Below are positions 55,701 to 64,000 of a stretch of DNA of 64,000 nt, piece by piece. How positions within the stretch are numbered: the first letter of the stretch is position 1; the number at the start of each line of letters is the position of its first letter. A model generated the notes under the pieces. It searched no databases and was not told the DNA's origin. It worked only from the letters and a program-made list of their open reading frames with translations. The position numbers and the translations under genes were made by a program. The stretch is from Nemertoderma westbladi (Eukaryota > Animalia > Xenacoelomorpha), in the NCBI GenBank assembly GCA_032718475.1, contig JAUCBJ010007063.1, positions 13,569-77,568 of the forward strand, in the 5' to 3' direction.

Positions 55701-58700
55701 GGTATAGATCGGTGGAGAGACGCTCATACCTGGTTCTGTATGAGGGTATAGATCGGTGGAGAGACGCTCATACCTGGTTCTGTATGAGGGTATAGATCGG
55801 TGGAGAGACGCTCATACCTGGTAAAGTATGAGGGTATAGATCGGTGGAGAGACGCTCATACCTGGTTCTGTATGAGGGTATAGATCGGTGGAGAGACGCT
55901 CATACCTGGTAAAGTATGAGGGTATAGATCGGTGGAGAGACGCTCATACCTGGTTCTGTATGAGGGTATAGATCGGTGGAGAGACGCTCATACCTGGTAA
56001 AGTATGAGGGTATAGATCGGTGGAGAGACGCTCATACCTGGTAAAGTATGAGGGTATAGATCGGTGGAGAGACGCTCATACCTGGTAAAGTATGAGGGTA
56101 TAGATCGGTGGAGAGACGCTCATACCTGGTTCTGTATGAGGGTATAGATCGGTGGAGAGACGCTCATACCTGGTTCTGTATGAGGGTATAGATCGGTGGA
56201 GAGACGCTCATACCTGGTTCTGTATGAGGGTATAGATCGGTGGAGAGACGCTCATACCTGGTAAAGTATGAGGGTATAGATCGGTGGAGAGACGCTCATA
56301 CCTGGTTCTGTATGAGGGTATAGATCGGTGGAGAGACGCTCATACCTGGTTCTGTATGAGGGTATAGATCGGTGGAGAGACGCTCATACCTGGTTCTGTA
56401 TGAGGGTATAGATCGGTGGAGAGACGCTCATAGCTGGTAAAGTATGAGGGTATAGATCGGTGGAGAGACGCTCATAGCTGGTAAAGTATGAGGGTATAGA
56501 TCGGTGGAGAGACGCTCATACCTGGTAAAGTATGAGGGTATAGATCGGTGGAGAGACGCTCATACCTGGTTCTGTATGAGGGTATAGATCGGTGGAGAGA
56601 CGCTCATACCTGGTAAAGTATGAGGGTATAGATCGGTGGAGAGACGCTCATACCTGGTTCTGTATGAGGGTATAGATCGGTGGAGAGACGCTCATACCTG
56701 GTTCTGTATGAGGGTATAGATCGGTGGAGAGACGCTCATACCTGGTTCTGTATGAGGGTATAGATCGGTGGAGAGACGCTCATACCTGGTTCTGTATGAG
56801 GGTATAGATCGGTGGAGAGACGCTCATACCTGGTAAAGTATGAGGGTATAGATCGGTGGAGAGACGCTCATACCTGGTTCAGTATGAGGGTATAGATCGG
56901 TGGAGAGACGCTCATACCTGGTTCTGTATGAGGGTATAGATCGGTGGAGAGACGCTCATACCTGGTTATGTATGAGGGTATAGATCGGTGGAGAGACGCT
57001 CATACCTGGTTCTGTATGAGGGTATAGATCGGTGGAGAGACGCTCATACCTGGTTCTGTATGAGGGTATAGATCGGTGGAGAGACGCTCATACCTGGTTC
57101 TGTATGAGGGTATAGATCGGTGGAGAGACGCTCATACCTGGTAAAGTATGAGGGTATAGATCGGTGGAGAGACGCTCATAGCTGGTAAAGTATGTGGGTA
57201 TAGATCGGTGGAGAGACGCTCATACCTGGTTCTGTATGAGGGTATAGATCGGTGGAGAGACGCTCATACCTGGTAAAGTATGAGGGTATAGATCGGTGGA
57301 GAGACGCTCATACCTGGTTCTGTATGAGGGTATAGATCGGTGGAGAGACGCTCATACCTGGTTCTGTATGAGGGTATAGATCGGTGGAGAGACGCTCATA
57401 CCTGGTTCTGTATGAGGGTATAGATCGGTGGAGAGACGCTCATACCTGGTTCTGTATGAGGGTATAGATCGGTGGAGAGACGCTCATACCTGGTTCTGTA
57501 TGAGGGTATAGATCGGTGGAGAGACGCTCATACCTGGTAAAGTATGAGGGTATAGATCGGTGGAGAGACGCTCATACCTGGTAAAGTATGTGGGTATAGA
57601 TCGGTGGAGAGACGCTCATACCTGGTTCTGTATGAGGGTATAGATCGGTGGAGAGACACTCATACCTGGTAAAGTATGAGGGTATAGATCGGTGGAGAGA
57701 CGCTCATACCTGGTTCTGTATGAGGGTATAGATCGGTGGAGAGACGCTCATACCTGGTTCTGTATGAGGGTATAGATCGGTGGAGAGACGCTCATACCTG
57801 GTTCTGTATGAGGGTATAGATCGGTGGAGAGACGCTCATACCTGGTTCTGTATGAGGGTATAGATCGGTGGAGAGACGCTCATACCTGGTTCTGTATGAG
57901 GGTATAGATCGGTGGAGAGACGCTCATACCTGGTAAAGTATGAGGGTATAGATCGGTGGAGAGACGCTCATACCTGGTTCTGTATGAGGGTATAGATCGG
58001 TGGAGAGACGCTCATACCTGGTTCTGTATGAGGGTATAGATCGGTGGAGAGACGCTCATACCTGGTTCTGTATGAGGGTATAGATCGGTGGAGAGACGCT
58101 CATACCTGGTTCTGTATGAGGGTATAGATCGGTGGAGAGACGCTCATACCTGGTAAAGTATGAGGGTATAGATCGGTGGAGAGACGCTCATACCTGGTAA
58201 AGTATGAGGGTATAGATCGGTGGAGAGACGCTCATACCTGGTAAAGTATGAGGGTATAGATCGGTGGAGAGACGCTCATACCTGGTTCTGTATGAGGGTA
58301 TAGATCGGTGGAGAGACGCTCATACCTGGTAATGTATGAGGGTATAGATCGGTGGAGAGACGCTCATACCTGGTTCTGTATGAGGGTATAGATCGGTGGA
58401 GAGACGCTCATACCTGGTAAAGTATGAGGGTATAGATCGGTGGAGAGACGCTCATACCTGGTTCTGTATGAGGGTATAGATCGGTGGAGAGAGGCTCATA
58501 CCTGGTTCTGTATGAGGGTATAGATCGGTGGAGAGACGCTCATACCTGGTTCTGTATGAGGGTATAGATCGGTGGAGAGACGCTCATACCTGGTTCTGTA
58601 TGAGGGTATAGATCGGTGGAGAGACGCTCATACCTGGTTCTGTATGAGGGTATAGATCGGTGGAGAGACGCTCATACCTGGTAAAGTATGAGGGTATAGA

Positions 58701-61700
58701 TCGGTGGAGAGACGCTCATACCTGGTTCTGTATGAGGGTATAGATCGGTGGAGAGACGCTCATACCTGGTAAAGTATGTGGGTATAGATCGGTGGAGAGA
58801 CGCTCATACCTGGTTCTGTATGAGGGTATAGATCGGTGGAGAGACACTCATACCTGGTAAAGTATGAGGGTATAGATCGGTGGAGAGACGCTCATACCTG
58901 GTTCTGTATGAGGGTATAGATCGGTGGAGAGACGCTCATACCTGGTTCTGTATGAGGGTATAGATCGGTGGAGAGACGCTCATACCTGGTAAAGTATGAG
59001 GGTATAGATCGGTGGAGAGACGCTCATACCTGGTTCTGTATGAGGGTATAGATCGGTGGAGAGACGCTCATACCTGGTTCTGTATGAGGGTATAGATCGG
59101 TGGAGAGACGCTCATACCTGGTAAAGTATGATGGTATAGATCGGTGGAGAGACGCTCATACCTGGTTCTGTATGAGGGTATAGATCGGTGGAGAGACGCT
59201 CATACCTGGTTCTGTATGAGGGTATAGATCGGTGGAGAGACGCTCATACCTGGTTCTGTATGAGGGTATAGATCGGTGGAGAGACGCTCATACCTGGTTC
59301 TGTATGAGGGTATAGATCGGTGGAGAGACGCTCATACCTGGTTCTGTATGAGGGTATAGATCGGTGGAGAGACGCTCATACCTGGTTCTGTATGAGGGTA
59401 TAGATCGGTGGAGAGACGCTCATACCTGGTAAAGTATGAGGGTATAGATCGGTGGAGAGACGCTCATACCTGGTTCTGTATGAGGGTATAGATCGGTGGA
59501 GAGACGCTCATACCTGGTTCTGTATGAGGGTATAGATCGGTGGAGAGACGCTCATACCTGGTAAAGTATGAGGGTATAGATCGGTGGAGAGACGCTCATA
59601 CCTGGTTCTGTATGAGGGTATAGATCGGTGGAGAGACGCTCATACCTGGTAAAGTATGAGGGTATAGATCGGTGGAGAGACGCTCATACCTGGTAAAGTA
59701 TGAGGGTATAGATCGGTGGAGAGACGCTCATACCTGGTAAAGTATGAGGGTATAGATCGGTGGAGAGACGCTCATACCTGGTAAAGTATGAGGGTATAGA
59801 TCGGTGGAGAGACGCTCATACCTGGTTCTGTATGAGGGTATAGATCGGTGGAGAGACGCTCATACCTGGTAAAGTATGAGGGTATAGATCGGTGGAGAGA
59901 CGCTCATACCTGGTTCTGTATGAGGGTATAGATCGGTGGAGAGACGCTCATACCTGGTTCTGTATGAGGGTATAGATCGGTGGAGAGACGCTCATACCTG
60001 GTTCTGTATGAGGGTATAGATCGGTGGAGAGACGCTCATACCTGGTTCTGTATGAGGGTATAGATCGGTGGAGAGACGCTCATACCTGGTTCTGTATGAG
60101 GGTATAGATCGGTGGAGAGACGCTCATACCTGGTAAAGTATGAGGGTATAGATCGGTGGAGAGACGCTCATACCTGGTTCTGTATGAGGGTATAGATCGG
60201 TGGAGAGACGCTCATACCTGGTAAAGTATGAGGGTATAGATCGGTGGAGAGACGCTCATACCTGGTTCTGTATGAGGGTATAGATCGGTGGAGAGACGCT
60301 CATACCTGGTTCTGTATGAGGGTATAGATCGGTGGAGAGACGCTCATACCTGGTAAAGTATGAGGGTATAGATCGGTGGAGAGACGCTCATACCTGGTTC
60401 TGTATGAGGGTATAGATCGGTGGAGAGACGCTCATACCTGGTTCTGTATGAGGGTATAGATCGGTGGAGAGACGCTCATACCTGGTTCTGTATGAGGGTA
60501 TAGATCGGTGGAGAGACGCTCATACCTGGTTCTGTATGAGGGTATAGATCGGTGGAGAGACGCTCATACCTGGTTCTGTATGAGGGTATAGATCGGTGGA
60601 GAGACGCTCATACCTGGTTCTGTATGAGGGTATAGATCGGTGGAGAGACGCTCATACCTGGTAAAGTATGAGGGTATAGATCGGTGGAGAGACGCTCATA
60701 CCTGGTTCTGTATGAGGGTATAGATCGGTGGAGAGACGCTCATACCTGGTTCTGTATGAGGGTATAGATCGGTGGAGAGACGCTCATACCTGGTTCTGTA
60801 TGAGGGTATAGATCGGTGGAGAGACGCTCATACCTGGTAAAGTATGAGGGTATAGATCGGTGGAGAGACGCTCATACCTGGTTCTGTATGAGGGTATAGA
60901 TCGGTGGAGAGACGCTCATACCTGGTTCTGTATGAGGGTATAGATCGGTGGAGAGACGCTCATACCTGGTTCTGTATGAGGGTATAGATCGGTGGAGAGA
61001 CGCTCATACCTGGTTCTGTATGAGGGTATAGATCGGTGGAGAGACGCTCATACCTGGTTCTGTATGAGGGTATAGATCGGTGGAGAGACGCTCATACCTG
61101 GTAAAGTATGAGGGTATAGATCGGTGGAGAGACGCTCATACCTGGTTCTGTATGAGGGTATAGATCGGTGGAGAGACGCTCATACCTGGTAAAGTATGAG
61201 GGTATAGATCGGTGGAGAGACGCTCATACCTGGTTCTGTATGAGGGTATAGATCGGTGGAGAGACGCTCATACCTGGTTCTGTATGAGGGTATAGATCGG
61301 TGGAGAGACGCTCATACCTGGTTCTGTATGAGGGTATAGATCGGTGGAGAGACGCTCATACCTGGTTCTGTATGAGGGTATAGATCGGTGGAGAGACGCT
61401 CATACCTGGTTCTGTATGAGGGTATAGATCGGTGGAGAGACGCTCATACCTGGTAAAGTATGAGGGTATAGATCGGTGGAGAGACGCTCATACCTGGTTC
61501 TGTATGAGGGTATAGATCGGTGGAGAGACGCTCATACCTGGTTCTGTATGAGGGTATAGATCGGTGGAGAGACGCTCATACCTGGTAAAGTATGAGGGTA
61601 TAGATCGGTGGAGAGACGCTCATACCTGGTTCTGTATGAGGGTATAGATCGGTGGAGAGACGCTCATACCTGGTTCTGTATGAGGGTATAGATCGGTGGA

Positions 61701-64000
61701 GAGACGCTCATACCTGGTTCTGTATGAGGGTATAGATCGGTGGAGAGACGCTCATACCTGGTTCTGTATGAGGGTATAGATCGGTGGAGAGACGCTCATA
61801 CCTGGTAAAGTATGAGGGTATAGATCGGTGGAGAGACGCTCATACCTGGTAAAGTATGAGGGTATAGATCGGTGGAGAGACGCTCATACCTGGTTCTGTA
61901 TGAGGGTATAGATCGGTGGAGAGACGCTCATACCTGGTAAAGTATGAGGGTATAGATCGGTGGAGAGACGCTCATACCTGGTAAAGTATGAGGGTATAGA
62001 TCGGTGGAGAGACGCTCATACCTGGTAATGTATGAGGGTATAGATCGGTGGAGAGACGCTCATACCTGGTTCTGTATGAGGGTATAGATCGGTGGAGAGA
62101 CGCTCATACCTGGTTCTGTATGAGGGTATAGATCGGTGGAGAGACGCTCATACCTGGTTCTGTATGAGGGTATAGATCGGTGGAGAGACGCTCATACCTG
62201 GTAAAGTATGAGGGTATAGATCGGTGGAGAGACGCTCATACCTGGTTCTGTATGAGGGTATAGATCGGTGGAGAGACGCTCATACCTGGTTCTGTATGAG
62301 GGTATAGATCGGTGGAGAGACGCTCATACCTGGTTCTGTATGAGGGTATAGATCGGTGGAGAGACGCTCATACCTGGTTCTGTATGAGGGTATAGATCGG
62401 TGGAGAGACGCTCATACCTGGTAAAGTATGAGGGTATAGATCGGTGGAGAGACGCTCATACCTGGTTCTGTATGAGGGTATAGATCGGTGGAGAGACGCT
62501 CATACCTGGTTCTGTATGAGGGTATAGATCGGTGGAGAGACGCTCATACCTGGTAAAGTATGAGGGTATAGATCGGTGGAGAGACGCTCATACCTGGTTC
62601 TGTATGAGGGTATAGATCGGTGGAGAGACGCTCATACCTGGTTCTGTATGAGGGTATAGATCGGTGGAGAGACGCTCATACCTGGTAAAGTATGAGGGTA
62701 TAGATCGGTGGAGAGACGCTCATACCTGGTTCTGTATGAGGGTATAGATCGGTGGAGAGACGCTCATACCTGGTAAAGTATGAGGGTATAGATCGGTGGA
62801 GAGACGCTCATACCTGGTAAAGTATGAGGGTATAGATCGGTGGAGAGACGCTCATACCTGGTTCTGTATGAGGGTATAGATCGGTGGAGAGACGCTCATA
62901 CCTGGTAAAGTATGAGGGTATAGATCGGTGGAGAGACGCTCATACCTGGTAAAGTATGAGGGTATAGATCGGTGGAGAGACGCTCATACCTGGTTCTGTA
63001 TGAGGGTATAGATCGGTGGAGAGACGCTCATACCTGGTAAAGTATGAGGGTATAGATCGGTGGAGAGACGCTCATACCTGGTTCTGTATGAGGGTATAGA
63101 TCGGTGGAGAGACGCTCATACCTGGTAAAGTATGAGGGTATAGATCGGTGGAGAGACGCTCATACCTGGTAAAGTATGAGGGTATAGATCGGTGGAGAGA
63201 CGCTCATACCTGGTTCTGTATGAGGGTATAGATCGGTGGAGAGACGCTCATACCTGGTTCTGTATGAGGGTATAGATCGGTGGAGAGACGCTCATACCTG
63301 GTAAAGTATGAGGGTATAGATCGGTGGAGAGACGCTCATACCTGGTTCTGTATGAGGGTATAGATCGGTGGAGAGACGCTCATACCTGGTTCTGTATGAG
63401 GGTATAGATCGGTGGAGAGACGCTCATACCTGGTAAAGTATGAGGGTATAGATCGGTGGAGAGACGCTCATACCTGGTAAAGTATGAGGGTATAGATCGG
63501 TGGAGAGACGCTCATACCTGGTTCTGTATGAGGGTATAGATCGGTGGAGAGACGCTCATACCTGGTAAAGTATGAGGGTATAGATCGGTGGAGAGACGCT
63601 CATACCTGGTAAAGTATGAGGGTATAGATCGGTGGAGAGACGCTCATACCTGGTAAAGTATGAGGGTATAGATCGGTGGAGAGACGCTCATACCTGGTTC
63701 TGTATGAGGGTATAGATCGGTGGAGAGACACTCATACCTGGTTCTGTATGAGGGTATAGATCGGTGGAGAGACGCTCATACCTGGTAAAGTATGAGGGTA
63801 TAGATCGGTGGAGAGACGCTCATACCTGGTAAAGTATGAGGGTATAGATCGGTGGAGAGACGCTCATACCTGGTAAAGTATGAGGGTATAGATCGGTGGA
63901 GAGACGCTCATACCTGGTAAAGTATGAGGGTATAGATCGGTGGAGAGACGCTCATACCTGGTAAAGTATGAGGGTATAGATCGGTGGAGAGACGCTCATA
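46726..64000. repeat. 44-bp tandem satellite, right part; runs off the window
   Basis: Same unit, in register after the TSD. Confidence 0.98.

Noticed and set aside
30521-64000. CRISPR array, or the 87-aa ORFs in the 44-bp repeat
   Set aside because: The units are head-to-tail with no unique spacers, there are no cas genes and the context is eukaryotic. The ORFs are chance stop-free runs.

Overview
This is eukaryotic (metazoan) genomic DNA. Positions 1-3540 hold two minus-strand exons of a large multi-repeat cadherin gene (Fat/Dachsous/protocadherin-like). The rest of the window appears to be one very large upstream intron (>60 kb, no further exon seen), filled by two abutting tandem arrays: a 59-bp satellite (3645-30515) and a 44-bp satellite (30521 to the window end). 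Each array carries one young, full-length LTR retrotransposon on the + strand. The first is a 16.1-kb BEL/Pao element (5801-21910, TSD CATAC, ~1.28-kb LTRs). The second is a 5.5-kb Ty3/Gypsy, Mag-like element (41260-46725, TSD GTATA, apparently identical 332-bp LTRs). The BEL/Pao element is the most unusual object. It has no tRNA-type (TGG...) primer-binding site; instead the 11 nt right after the 5' LTR are the exact reverse complement of 11 nt in the LTR's probable promoter/start region, the signature of Tf1-type self-priming. It also carries two accessory ORFs after pol, one with three CCHC-type zinc knuckles and a basic tail. The long His-rich ORFs in the track are satellite artefacts. All comparisons were made by eye.
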